The position numbers were made by a program, and so were the translations under genes. The notes beneath the pieces are model-generated. The model saw only the letters and a program-made list of their open reading frames with translations, did no database searches and was not told the origin of the DNA. DNA of 64,000 bases from Alphaproteobacteria bacterium. Its GTDB lineage: Bacteria; Pseudomonadota; Alphaproteobacteria; JAPULJ01. Where the stretch lies: positions 491 to 64,490 of the forward strand of contig JARRKQ010000001.1 of the NCBI GenBank assembly GCA_037387885.1, given 5' to 3'. Positions 27,096-37,000 of this stretch are shown here, one piece after another. The first letter of the stretch is position 1. Each line of letters starts with the position of its first letter.

Positions 27096-27413
27096 TCACG
27101 AAGATAGCTTCACGAAGATATCGTCGCCCTCGACCTTGACCTGATAGACGGTGAGGTCCTCCTCGGCGGGCGGGGCGAGGCACTTGCCGGTCCTGATGTC
27201 GAACTTGGCGGCATGGAGCGGGCACTCGACCTGGCCGTCCTCGACGAACCCCTCGCTCAGCATCACGAAGGCATGCGGGCAGACATTCTCGGTCGCGAAG
27301 AACTCCTCGCCGATCTTGAAGATCGCCACCAGCTTGTCGCCGACTTCTGCCGCCGCGGGCTCGTCCTCGTCGACCTCGCTGGTGCTCGCGACCTTGTGCC
27401 ATTCTTCCGCCAT
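27096..27413 (-). CDS. Rieske-type [2Fe-2S] ferredoxin (oxygenase electron-transfer component)
   Basis: 105 aa from MAEEWHKVASTSEV. CPHAFVMLSEG...CPLHAAKF is the Rieske motif. The 162-aa ORF in the track carries an unlikely N-terminal extension. Confidence 0.8.
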   Translation of the reverse strand: MAEEWHKVASTSEVDEDEPAAAEVGDKLVAIFKIGEEFFATENVCPHAFVMLSEGFVEDGQVECPLHAAKFDIRTGKCLAPPAEEDLTVYQVKVEGDDIFVKLSS

Positions 27414-27600
27414 CGCTCTCCTCGTATCTGGTTGCTGTCCCGCCAGCGTGCCCCGTATCCGGCCCTGATGCTGATGGCAGGACGTCGGATCAGAAGTATA
27501 GGTCTCGCGCCGCTGGGTAAACAGAGGCCGCGCCGGTGACGGCGCCGCGCTTTGGGACCGCTCTCGGTCCCGCGGCTTGGGCATTGATCGGCGGAGCGCT

Positions 27601-27655
27601 GCCTGTTAGTCTGTCTAAAATAAGAACGATCGTTTTGTATATCAAACATTCTTCG
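27601..27655. repeat. AT-rich element in inverted orientation relative to 26988-27037; contains the perfect palindrome AACGATCGTT
   Basis: The sequence is CCTGTTAGTCTGTCTAAAATAAGAACGATCGTTTTGTATATCAAACATTCTTCG. It lies in the divergent promoter region between the ferredoxin gene and the substrate-binding-protein gene. The CCTGTTA end mirrors the TAACAGG end of the other copy. Confidence 0.5.
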
Positions 27656-27818
27656 ACATATCCCGTTTCAGGCCGTTTCGCACTTTGAAGCCAATGGAGT
27701 AGTGTCGGGGCAGGCGTGCGGGTCGCGCCGCGGAACAGCATTGCGCCGACGGCGAAGCTTCAACGTCGGACGCCAGCATGACGGCAGATCAGCCGGACGA
27801 CAAAGGGAGAGTCTCAGC

Positions 27819-28814
27819 ATGCTCAATCGACGGACGACGACGGTGGCGCGCAAAGCGCTCATCGGGATCGCGGGCGCAGCGCTCGCGATGACGCTCGGCG
27901 CCGGCTCGGCCAGCGCGGAGAAAGTGACCTATCTGTTTCCGGCGCCGCCGATCCTGCCGGCGTTCGGGCCGATCCAGATCGCCAAGGGCAAGGGTTACTA
28001 CAAGGCCGAGGGCCTCGAGGTGGTGTTCCAGCGCGGCAAGGGCGGCGTCGACGTCGCCAAGCAGGTCGGCGCCGGCAATGCGCAGCTCGGCGGCGGACTG
28101 GCCGACGGGCCGATCATCGTGCGCGCCCAGGGCGTGCCGGTGCGCTCGGTCGCTTCATTTGGCGGCCGTGGCTTCATGCAGCTCGTGGTGCGCGCCGATA
28201 GCGGCATCAAGTCGCCCAAGGATCTGAAGGGCAAGACCATCTCGGTCATGTCCTACCAGGACACGACCTTCTATGCGTTGCGCGGCATGTTGGCGAGCGA
28301 GGGGCTCACCCTGAAGGACGTGAAGGCGATCGCGGTCGGCCCGCGCAACGTGCCGACGATGGTGATCGAGAAGAAGGCCGTGGCCTGCGCCTGCGTGCCC
28401 GACTGGATCCCGCCCTTCCACCGCGCCAAGGTGAAAATCAACATCATCAAGTCGGAGGACTACTTCCCGCACATGGCGCAAGCCATTCTGGCCTCCGACG
28501 ACATCATCAAGAAGAATCCCAAGATGGTCGCCGCCTTCATCCGCGCCTCGCTGAAGGGCATGAAGGACATCATGGACAACCCCAAGGCGGCGGCCGCCGA
28601 TTTCGCCAAGTTCGTGCCGCTGTGGAAGGGCAAGGAAGGCTATATCACCGGCGTCTTCACCTACTACGCCCAGCTCGTCTATCCGGGGCAGAAGAAGCTC
28701 GGCGAGATCAATGTCGAGCGCCTGACCAAGCTGCAGGACTTCTATGTGAAGCAGGGCATCGTGCGGAAGCGGGTGCCGGTCGCCGATCTCTACACGAACC
28801 AGTTCATCAAGTAG
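27819..28814 (+). CDS. ABC transporter substrate-binding protein, NMT1/THI5-like (NitT/TauT family)
   Basis: A signal peptide (MLNRRTTTVARKALIGIAGAALAMTLGAGSASA) is followed by a periplasmic binding fold. AAAGGGAGAG lies upstream of the ATG at 27819. Confidence 0.85.
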   Translation: MLNRRTTTVARKALIGIAGAALAMTLGAGSASAEKVTYLFPAPPILPAFGPIQIAKGKGYYKAEGLEVVFQRGKGGVDVAKQVGAGNAQLGGGLADGPIIVRAQGVPVRSVASFGGRGFMQLVVRADSGIKSPKDLKGKTISVMSYQDTTFYALRGMLASEGLTLKDVKAIAVGPRNVPTMVIEKKAVACACVPDWIPPFHRAKVKINIIKSEDYFPHMAQAILASDDIIKKNPKMVAAFIRASLKGMKDIMDNPKAAAADFAKFVPLWKGKEGYITGVFTYYAQLVYPGQKKLGEINVERLTKLQDFYVKQGIVRKRVPVADLYTNQFIK

Positions 28815-28837
28815 TGGGCCGACCATCGGTCGAAACG

Positions 28838-28870
28838 AAAACCCCGGCCTTAGCGCCGGGGTTTTTTGTT
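28838..28870 (+). terminator. Rho-independent terminator after the substrate-binding-protein gene
   Basis: AAAACCCCGGCCTTAGCGCCGGGGTTTTTTGTT has a 7-bp GC stem followed by a T6 run. Confidence 0.75.
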
Positions 28871-28941
28871 GGGGCCACTTACGTATCCCTCCTCCTCTGA
28901 AGAGGGGGAGGGGATGAGAGAGGTCCCGAACGAATTTCGCG

Positions 28942-29469
28942 TCAGAACGGCACCGAGATCGTGTCGAGCACGCCCTCGGCGTTGACCAGATCGACGCGCT
29001 TCCAGGCGATGCGCCAGCCGCCGCCGGACCGGCGCAGGCAATGGCGCGCGGTGGCGCCGTAGACGCGCTGCTCGCTGAGGCGGTGCTCGAGCATCACGAA
29101 CTTCGACCGCACCACCGCTTCCTTACCGCCGTCGGCGGTGCTTTCGAGCGTCGTGCCGCTGACCACGCGCACGGTCGCGATCGGCGGCGAGACGGCGTGG
29201 CCCGTCCCGTCGGTGAGGCGGCGCACGCGCGCCTCCATCAGCATCCGGTCGTCGTAGAAGATCGAGATCTCGTTCAGCGGATCGGTCTGCTCGGGCCGGT
29301 GCGGCGCCCAGTAGTAGGCATCGTCCGCGTAGAGCGCGAGCCAGTCCTCGTAGCGGGCTTCGTCGAGCAGGCGCGCTTCCTCCAGCACCAGCGCGGTGAC
29401 CGTCGTCATCGCCTCGGGCGACAGCCGCACCGAGCTGTCTCGCGGCTTGGCTTTGACCTCAGTCGTCAT
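28942..29469 (-). CDS. Aromatic-ring-hydroxylating dioxygenase beta subunit
   Basis: 175 aa with an NTF2-like fold. EARLLDEARYEDWLALYADDAYYWAP is typical of small subunits. It overlaps the stop of the alpha subunit gene. Confidence 0.8.
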   Translation of the reverse strand: MTTEVKAKPRDSSVRLSPEAMTTVTALVLEEARLLDEARYEDWLALYADDAYYWAPHRPEQTDPLNEISIFYDDRMLMEARVRRLTDGTGHAVSPPIATVRVVSGTTLESTADGGKEAVVRSKFVMLEHRLSEQRVYGATARHCLRRSGGGWRIAWKRVDLVNAEGVLDTISVPF

Positions 29470-30824
29470 TCGGCGGCCTCTGCGCTAGCGTTGGTGGCCG
29501 GGCGCATGTAGTCGAGCCAAGCCTTGAACTGGTTGCGGATGTGGATCTCGCTGGTGCCGTGATCGCCGTGGCGGCCGCCGCGCTCGTCGTCCACGTCATG
29601 CCCCTCGCCGCGGCCGAGATGCAGCCACTCCGTACCCTCGCTCTGCAGGCCGTCGCGGATTCGGCGGTAGATCTCCAGATCGTCGGTCAGGATCTGCGAG
29701 GCCGGCGAGTTGATCGCATTGGCGAAGCGCACCGTGTCCTGGAACATCGCCTCGGGCGCGCCTTTGAGGCGGAAGGAATAGATGTGTACCTCGGTCTTGT
29801 CGGGCGCCACCGGCAGGATGACGCGGAGCTGGCGGAAGGACGACATGAAGGTGAGGTTCGGATAGACGATCGTGTTGAAACGGGCGACGCTCAGGATCTC
29901 GCGCGTGCGCTTGGCGCCCTGCGCCGCTTCGAGCGCGTCGCGGTATTCGACGAAGACCGGATCGTCGGAGGCGGCGAGCAGGCGCTCGTCGTCGTGATAG
30001 TCGCCCATGTATGAGTGGCCGCCGTCATAGGCCCAGACGCCGACATTGTCCCAGATCTTGGTGAGCACGCCGTTCTGCGTCATCTGCCGCACGGCGATCT
30101 CGCCGGCACCGTCGGTGGGCGCGTCCATGCGCTGCTTGGCGGCGGTGTCGATCGACGAGGCGTGCACGAAGGCCGGATGCATCAGGTCGTTGACGTTCTC
30201 GATATAGAGCTTCCAGTTGCCGTCGTAGGTGTGCTTGAAAATGCCGCCCGCGACCTCGATCTCGCCGCCCGGCGCGCGGTCGACCATGTCATCGAAGGAC
30301 GTCGTGATGTCGCCCAGCCACTCTTCGAGTGCAGGACCGTCTGCGGCGAGGCTCGCAAAGACGAAGCCGCGATAGATCGCCTGGCGGGCGACGGGCCGTA
30401 ATCCCAGCGAACCGCGCTCCTTCTCGAAGCGCTCGTCATAGCCTTCCTGGCGCGGCACGCCGATCAGCGCGCCGTCCGTCCCGAAGGTCCAGCCGTGATA
30501 GCCGCATTGGAAATGCTTGGCGTTGCCCGTCTCCGCGGCGCAGACCATGGCGCCGCGATGGGTGCAACGGTTGTGCAGCACGCGTACATTTCCGTCGCGG
30601 CCCCGCACCATCAGGACGGGCTGGCGGCCGAGGCGGGTGGCGTAGAAGTCGCCGGGCTTCGCCACCTGGCTTTCGTGGCCGACGAAGAGCCAGGCGCGGC
30701 CGAACAGGCGCTCGAGCTCGAGCTCGAAGATATCCGGGTCGGTATAGACGCTGCGGTGGACGCGGTCGGGCTGGATCAGCGCCGCGAGGTCGGGCGTCGG
30801 CCGGTGGGTGAGGGGACGGTTCAT
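29466..30824 (-). CDS. Rieske aromatic-ring-hydroxylating dioxygenase alpha subunit (alpha/beta type)
   Basis: Rieske motif CTHRGAMVC...CGYHGW. The catalytic domain carries the mononuclear-iron His/Asp region. The start is MNRPLTHRPTP at 30824. Confidence 0.85.
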   Translation of the reverse strand: MNRPLTHRPTPDLAALIQPDRVHRSVYTDPDIFELELERLFGRAWLFVGHESQVAKPGDFYATRLGRQPVLMVRGRDGNVRVLHNRCTHRGAMVCAAETGNAKHFQCGYHGWTFGTDGALIGVPRQEGYDERFEKERGSLGLRPVARQAIYRGFVFASLAADGPALEEWLGDITTSFDDMVDRAPGGEIEVAGGIFKHTYDGNWKLYIENVNDLMHPAFVHASSIDTAAKQRMDAPTDGAGEIAVRQMTQNGVLTKIWDNVGVWAYDGGHSYMGDYHDDERLLAASDDPVFVEYRDALEAAQGAKRTREILSVARFNTIVYPNLTFMSSFRQLRVILPVAPDKTEVHIYSFRLKGAPEAMFQDTVRFANAINSPASQILTDDLEIYRRIRDGLQSEGTEWLHLGRGEGHDVDDERGGRHGDHGTSEIHIRNQFKAWLDYMRPATNASAEAAE

Positions 30825-30914
30825 GGGCAGGCACTCCATCCTGGCTGCGGAACGCCGAAGAACATATATGTTCGAATCTGGCATGCGCCGGGCATGGCGT
30901 AAAGGCGAGCCATA

Positions 30915-32036
30915 TCACGCCGGCATCAGCGATCCGAGATCGCCGGGCCGGATCGCCCAGGCAGGCAGTGCGTCGGCGGGGGCATGTGGGCCGGCCTCCT
31001 TGGCGGGGAAGCCCTCGAGGACGAGATTGTCGCCGAAGCTCGCCCCCTGGCGGACCAGCGCGCCCGCTTTGATCAGGCAATTGGCGCCGACCACCGAATT
31101 GTCGCAGACGATCGCGGCGGGCTCGACGACGGTGCCCGCCCCGATGCGGCAGCCATGGATCATCGCGCCGGGACCGATCACCACCCCGTCGGCGAGCTCC
31201 AGCGTGTTGTCGGGCAGCAGGTGGAGGACCGCGTTCTCCAGAATCTGGACGTCGGCGCCGATGCGCACGGGCCCGTGGCTGTCGCCGACGATGCGCACGC
31301 CCGCGCCGATGATGCTCCGCGCCCCGATCACGACGTCGCCGGTGATCTCGGCGCTATCGAAGAGCACGGCGTCGGAGGCGATCTCGGGGGACTTGTCGTT
31401 GTAGCGATAGATCTGCGCCATGGTCGGTCCTGCGTTTGTCGATTCGCGGTAGGTCTCGGTCGGAACGTCGGGCAGCGAGAGATCGCCGCCCCGCAGCGCA
31501 GTAAGCCGCGCGATATCGGCCTCGTTCGCGGCGCGGATCGTCCGGCCGGGACGGCCGACGACGACGGCGTTGTCGGGCACGGTCATGCCTTCGGGGATCA
31601 GCGTGCCCTCGCCGGTGAAGACGCGGTCGCCGAGCACTGCACCCGGCATGATGACGGTCGCGTTGCCGATCTCGCAGAGGTCGCCGATCCGCGCGCCGAT
31701 CACCCGGGCGAGGTGGCCGAAGACGGTGCGTCGGCCGACCGAGGCCGGCATGTCGGGTCGGCCGACGATCACCCCGGTTTCCAGCAGCGCCGTGCCCGCG
31801 CCGATGGCGACGCCGCCGCCTGCGGCGCGCACCGCCGTGCCCTGGCCCAGATAGGCACCGGGGCCGATCTCGATCGGGCCGATCACTCGGGCGGAGGCCG
31901 CGATGCGCGCGCCGCCGTGGCTCCGCCGTTCGTCGTGGTCGGGTTGCTCGAAGGCCATCGCCCCAAAATCCGCCGTAGCGTCCGCCATTCCGCCCGTGCC
32001 TTTGATAGCACGGCCGTCGTGTGGGGCGGATGACAA
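30915..32036 (-). CDS. Tandem left-handed beta-helix (hexapeptide repeat) protein, two gamma-carbonic-anhydrase/PaaY-like modules
   Basis: Hexapeptide-repeat patterns ([LIV]GxxxxIG) recur in both halves. The second half begins MAQIYRYNDKSPEIASDAVLFDSAEITGDVVIGARSIIGAGVRI. An alternative start is at 31988 (MADATADFG). Confidence 0.65.
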   Translation of the reverse strand: MSSAPHDGRAIKGTGGMADATADFGAMAFEQPDHDERRSHGGARIAASARVIGPIEIGPGAYLGQGTAVRAAGGGVAIGAGTALLETGVIVGRPDMPASVGRRTVFGHLARVIGARIGDLCEIGNATVIMPGAVLGDRVFTGEGTLIPEGMTVPDNAVVVGRPGRTIRAANEADIARLTALRGGDLSLPDVPTETYRESTNAGPTMAQIYRYNDKSPEIASDAVLFDSAEITGDVVIGARSIIGAGVRIVGDSHGPVRIGADVQILENAVLHLLPDNTLELADGVVIGPGAMIHGCRIGAGTVVEPAAIVCDNSVVGANCLIKAGALVRQGASFGDNLVLEGFPAKEAGPHAPADALPAWAIRPGDLGSLMPA

Positions 32037-32103
32037 TCAGATAGTTGACTCAGGCAACTAATTTGATTGAAATGGACGTGCGACCTTGAGTATTGGCGGT
32101 GCA

Positions 32104-33054
32104 ATGACGGAAACACTGCAACCCACCGAGGCCAAGCGGATCGAGGCGGTGCGGCGCTTCAACCGCTTCTACACGCGGCGCATCGGCGTGCTGCGCGAGG
32201 GCCTCCTCGACAGCCCGTTTTCGCTCACGCAGGCGCGGGTGATCTACGAGCTGGCGCACCGGGCGGGTGTGACGGCGCGCGAGCTCGGCGCCGATCTCGG
32301 CCTCGATGCCGGCTATCTGAGCCGGCTGCTGCGCGGCCTTCGCGAACGCGGGCTGGTGGCGGAGACGCGCTCGTCCAGGGACGGGCGGCGCAAGCTGCTG
32401 CACCTGACGCGGGCGGGGGAGGTTGCCTTCGCGACGCTCAATGCCCGCTCGCGCGAGGAGATCGGGGCCATGCTGGGCGCGCTGGCGCCGCGCGACCGCG
32501 CGCGCCTCGTCGCGGCGATGGAAACGATCGAACAAACGCTTAAGGCCAAGCCCGAGACGCGATCGCCCTACATCCTGCGCCCGCACCGGGCCGGCGACAT
32601 CGGCTGGGTGATCCAACGCCATGGCGCGCTCTACGCCCAGGAATACGGCTGGGACGAAACCTTCGATGCCATGGTGGCGCGGGTCGCCGCCGACTTCATC
32701 GACAATTTCGACGAGGCGCGCGAGCGCTGCTGGATCGCGGAGATGGAGGGCGCGATCGTCGGCTCGGTCTTTCTGGTGCGCCAATCGGACGCGGTCGCGA
32801 AGCTGCGCATGCTGCTCGTCGATCCGGCTGCGCGCGGCCACGGGCTCGGCCGGCGGCTGGTCGAGGAATGCATCGCCTTCGCGCGCGCGGTCGGCTACTT
32901 GAAGATTACGCTCTGGACCAACGATATCCTGTACGCCGCCCGGCATATCTACGAGAGCGTCGGCTTCGTGCTGATCGACGAGGAGCCCCATCACAGCTTC
33001 GGCCAGGACCTGGTCGGCCAGACCTGGGAGCTCGATCTGAAGACGAACGCGTGA
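32104..33054 (+). CDS. MarR-type HTH domain fused to a GNAT N-acetyltransferase
   Basis: The N-terminal winged helix reads FSLTQARVIYELAHRAGVTARELGADLGLDAGYLSRLLRGLRERGLV. The C-terminal GNAT motif reads RGHGLGRRLVEECIAFARAVGY. Confidence 0.75.
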   Translation: MTETLQPTEAKRIEAVRRFNRFYTRRIGVLREGLLDSPFSLTQARVIYELAHRAGVTARELGADLGLDAGYLSRLLRGLRERGLVAETRSSRDGRRKLLHLTRAGEVAFATLNARSREEIGAMLGALAPRDRARLVAAMETIEQTLKAKPETRSPYILRPHRAGDIGWVIQRHGALYAQEYGWDETFDAMVARVAADFIDNFDEARERCWIAEMEGAIVGSVFLVRQSDAVAKLRMLLVDPAARGHGLGRRLVEECIAFARAVGYLKITLWTNDILYAARHIYESVGFVLIDEEPHHSFGQDLVGQTWELDLKTNA

Positions 33055-33061
33055 GTGGCGC

Positions 33062-34444
33062 CTAATCCACCGCCACCACGTCGAAGGCGATCGAGACGCG
33101 GCGCTGGGGCGACTTGAACGGCACGGTCGCGTGATAATAGTAACCGGGGAAGAGCACCATCAGCCCTTCATGCGGCTGGATCTCGATGGTCTCGTGCTCG
33201 GCCTTGAGCGGTAGCTCGGCGGGTGGGCGGCCGAGCTGGAACCAGCCGCCCTTGGCGGTCTCGTCGGCGACCACGTCCGGCACTTGCGGGTAGTAGCAGC
33301 CGCCCATATAGCCTTCGAGATGAAGATGCGGGGCGAGATTGCCTTCGCCTTCCAGCACCACGCCCCAGGCGGTGATGCGCCAGCGCTCGGGCCATTGGGC
33401 GAGGAAGGGGTGGTCGGGCGGCACGCTCACGCTTGCCCGGTACTCCTCGACCGCCTCATACATCATGCGCTCGAGCGTCTCCATCGGGCCCTTGTCGCCG
33501 TCGAGCATCTCTTCGGTGATCCACAGGCTGGGATGGTGATAGGTGGGATCGCTCTCGGGCGGGACCTTGAGCGTCGGATGGTTGCGCACATGGCTGACCA
33601 GCGCGGCGTTGAACGCATCGAGGCTCTCATAGCCGGGGATCTCCTCGTAGCGCCGGGTGCGGACGAGGCCGTCGAAATCGAGCCAATAATGCAGCCGCGT
33701 CTTGTCGCCGAGCTCGTTGAGGGCAATGCAGTGGTAGGACATCGCGGCGACGCTGCCGGGGAGCGCCGCGAGCCAATCGGCCGCGGCATCGGCGGCGCCC
33801 GCCGCATCGCCCTCGGCGAGCAACGTGTCGGTCAGATTGTTGTGCGCCTCGTTCCAGTCGGGCCGTGCGGCCAGCGCCGCGCGGAACGCGTGTTCGGCTT
33901 CGTCGAAGCGTTCGAGCTTCTGGAGCGCGAGACCGAGGTTGCGTTGGCTGTCCACGGCGTCCGGGGCGAGGTCGAGCGTGCGCGCATAGGCTTCGGCGGC
34001 CTCGGCGTGCTGGCCGAGCGCCATCAGCGCGTTGCCGAGATTGTGATACGCCGGGGCGAGGTCGGGCTTGATCGCGATCGCGGCGCGGTAGGCCTCGATG
34101 GCCGCCTTGGTATCACCGTGCTGTTGCAGCGCCCGGCCGAGATTGTAATGCGCTTCGAAGAACTGCGGCTCGTTTGTGACGGCGGCGCGGTAGTGCTCGA
34201 CCGCGGTTTCCGCGTCGCCCATGCGCAGAGCGATCATGCCGGCGAAAGCGTGCACGTCGGCGCGCGCGGGCTGCAGCGCCAGGATCTGGCGGCAGACGGT
34301 CAAGGCATCAGCCTGGCGCCCCGATTGAAAGAGCGCGCCCGCCTGTTGCTGCAAGGCGGCAACCTCCGCCGGGGGTGACGCGTCCGTCCGCGGCCGACGG
34401 GGCGCGGATCGTCTTGCACGGCGATTGGATTTGCGGGCACTCAT
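33062..34444 (-). CDS. TPR-repeat protein with a C-terminal 2OG-Fe(II)-oxygenase-like domain
   Basis: There are several TPR units (AEAHYNLGRALQQHGDTKAAIEAY...). The C-terminal region reads PGYYYHATVPFKSPQRRVSIAFD. The start is MSARKSNRR at 34444, and the extension in the ORF track is implausible. Confidence 0.6.
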   Translation of the reverse strand: MSARKSNRRARRSAPRRPRTDASPPAEVAALQQQAGALFQSGRQADALTVCRQILALQPARADVHAFAGMIALRMGDAETAVEHYRAAVTNEPQFFEAHYNLGRALQQHGDTKAAIEAYRAAIAIKPDLAPAYHNLGNALMALGQHAEAAEAYARTLDLAPDAVDSQRNLGLALQKLERFDEAEHAFRAALAARPDWNEAHNNLTDTLLAEGDAAGAADAAADWLAALPGSVAAMSYHCIALNELGDKTRLHYWLDFDGLVRTRRYEEIPGYESLDAFNAALVSHVRNHPTLKVPPESDPTYHHPSLWITEEMLDGDKGPMETLERMMYEAVEEYRASVSVPPDHPFLAQWPERWRITAWGVVLEGEGNLAPHLHLEGYMGGCYYPQVPDVVADETAKGGWFQLGRPPAELPLKAEHETIEIQPHEGLMVLFPGYYYHATVPFKSPQRRVSIAFDVVAVD

Positions 34445-34546
34445 CGGCCGCGACCCTAGCGGAATCAGGGACCGATGCAAACGCCGGCCGATTGAGCGCC
34501 GTTCGATTGAACAGTGGGCCGCCCCCGTGCCAATCTCGGCGCCGCC

Positions 34547-35452
34547 ATGCCGGAGCTGCCCGACATCACCGCCTATATCGAGGCGCTCGACCGCCGCGTC
34601 ACCGGCGCGCCGCTGGAGGGCGTGCGCCTCGCGAGCCCGTTCCTGCTGCGCACGGTCGAGCCGCCGCTCGCCGACTTCACCGGCAAGCGCGTGCGTGGGC
34701 TGCGCCGGATCGGCAAGCGCATCGCCTTCGGCTTCGAGGACGATCTCTGGCTGGTCCTGCATCTGATGATTGCGGGCCGGCTCCACTGGAAGGCGGCGGG
34801 CGCCGCCATTCCCGGCGGCAAGCGGGGCCTGGCGGCGTTTGATTTTCCCGACGGCACGCTGATCCTGACCGAAGCCGGCTCAAAGAAGCGCGCCTCGCTG
34901 CATGCGGTCAAGGGCGAGGCCGGGCTCGCGGCGCACGATCCGGGCGGGATCGAGCTCTTCGAGGCGAGCCTTGAGGATTTCTCCGCGCGGCTCACCCGGT
35001 CGAACCACACGCTCAAACGCGCGCTCACCGATCCGCGCCTCTTCAGCGGCATCGGCAATGCCTATTCGGATGAGATCCTGCTCTACGCCAAGCTCTCGCC
35101 GGTGGCGATGACGCAGAAGCTCGACCCGGACGAGATCGCGCGCCTCTTCGAGGTGACCAAGAAGACCCTCAAGGAGTGGTGCGAGCGCCTACGCGATGAG
35201 ACGGGCGAGGGCTTTCCGGAGAAGGTCACGGCGTTCCGGCCGGAGATGGCGGCGCATGGCAAGTTCGGGCAGCCCTGTCCCGTCTGCGGCGCCAAGATCC
35301 AGCGCATCCGCTACGCGACCAACGAGACCAATTACTGCCCGAGCTGCCAGACCGGCGGGCGATTATTGGCCGACCGCGCGCTCTCGCGGTTCTTGAAGAA
35401 GGACTGGCCGCGCCGGCCCGAGGAGTTCGAGGAGCTGCGCGGCGGAAGATAA
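34547..35452 (+). CDS. Fpg/Nei family DNA glycosylase (formamidopyrimidine-DNA glycosylase-like)
   Basis: [10 protein letters not shown] has the catalytic Pro2/Glu3. The H2TH domain and C-terminal zinc finger [25 protein letters not shown] follow. Confidence 0.85.
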   Translation: MPELPDITAYIEALDRRVTGAPLEGVRLASPFLLRTVEPPLADFTGKRVRGLRRIGKRIAFGFEDDLWLVLHLMIAGRLHWKAAGAAIPGGKRGLAAFDFPDGTLILTEAGSKKRASLHAVKGEAGLAAHDPGGIELFEASLEDFSARLTRSNHTLKRALTDPRLFSGIGNAYSDEILLYAKLSPVAMTQKLDPDEIARLFEVTKKTLKEWCERLRDETGEGFPEKVTAFRPEMAAHGKFGQPCPVCGAKIQRIRYATNETNYCPSCQTGGRLLADRALSRFLKKDWPRRPEEFEELRGGR

Positions 35453-35523
35453 GAAAACGGCCGGACCCGCTTGCACGAGCCCGGCCATCCGTCCGGTCGT
35501 TTAGATCTCGACCAGGATCTCGA

Positions 35524-36009
35524 TTAGATGATGCGGATGGTCACGTTGCGCCGGCCGTGGCGCTTGACCAGCGCGAACAGGCGGGCGGCGTTGCCGGGCG
35601 CCAGGCGGACGCAGCCATGCGAGGCCGGCCGGCCGAGGCGGCGCACCGCGCCGGTGCCGTGGATGGCGTGGCCGCGGCTGGTGAAGAAGATCGAGTTCGG
35701 CATCTTCGCCATGTTGTACTTGCGCGAGTAGTGCATCTTCTTCAGCACCAGCGGGCGGAAGGTGCCGCGCGGCGTGGCGTGGCCGCGCTTGCCGGTGGAG
35801 ACGCGAAAGACGTAGCGCTTCACGCCGCCGACGCGGACGACCATGCGCTGGGTGCGCTTGTTGATGGTGATGACGATCTTGCCGCGCGACTTGGCGCCGT
35901 GCCCATAGCGGTTGTGGGCCTGGGCGCTGCCGGCGAGCAGGGTGAACGCGGCGACGGCCGCGGTGATCAGCGCGAGACCGCGCGAAAGCGGAGAGGTGAA
36001 CGTGGACAT
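35524..36009 (-). CDS. L,D-transpeptidase (YkuD domain)
   Basis: A signal peptide (MSTFTSPLSRGLALITAAVAAFTLLAGSAQA) and a catalytic HGCVRL motif are present. GAGGAG lies upstream of the ATG at 36009. Confidence 0.8.
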   Translation of the reverse strand: MSTFTSPLSRGLALITAAVAAFTLLAGSAQAHNRYGHGAKSRGKIVITINKRTQRMVVRVGGVKRYVFRVSTGKRGHATPRGTFRPLVLKKMHYSRKYNMAKMPNSIFFTSRGHAIHGTGAVRRLGRPASHGCVRLAPGNAARLFALVKRHGRRNVTIRII

Positions 36010-36148
36010 GTGAAGGCTCCTCAAAGAATGGGTTTGGGGCGAGATCGCCCTCCGAGTTGCCTCCACACTAGCCATGCGCGATCCGCCGCGCAGTGACGCG
36101 GGTCACAATGGTAAACAAATGGTTAATGGGGTGACGGTCGCCGGTTCG

Positions 36149-37000
<852 letters not shown>

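Noticed and set aside
26938-27741. Short ORFs 26938..27144 (+) and 27490..27741 (-), both containing YKTIVLI
   Set aside because: They are translations of the repeated AT-rich element and not independent genes. The shared peptide reflects DNA repeat identity.
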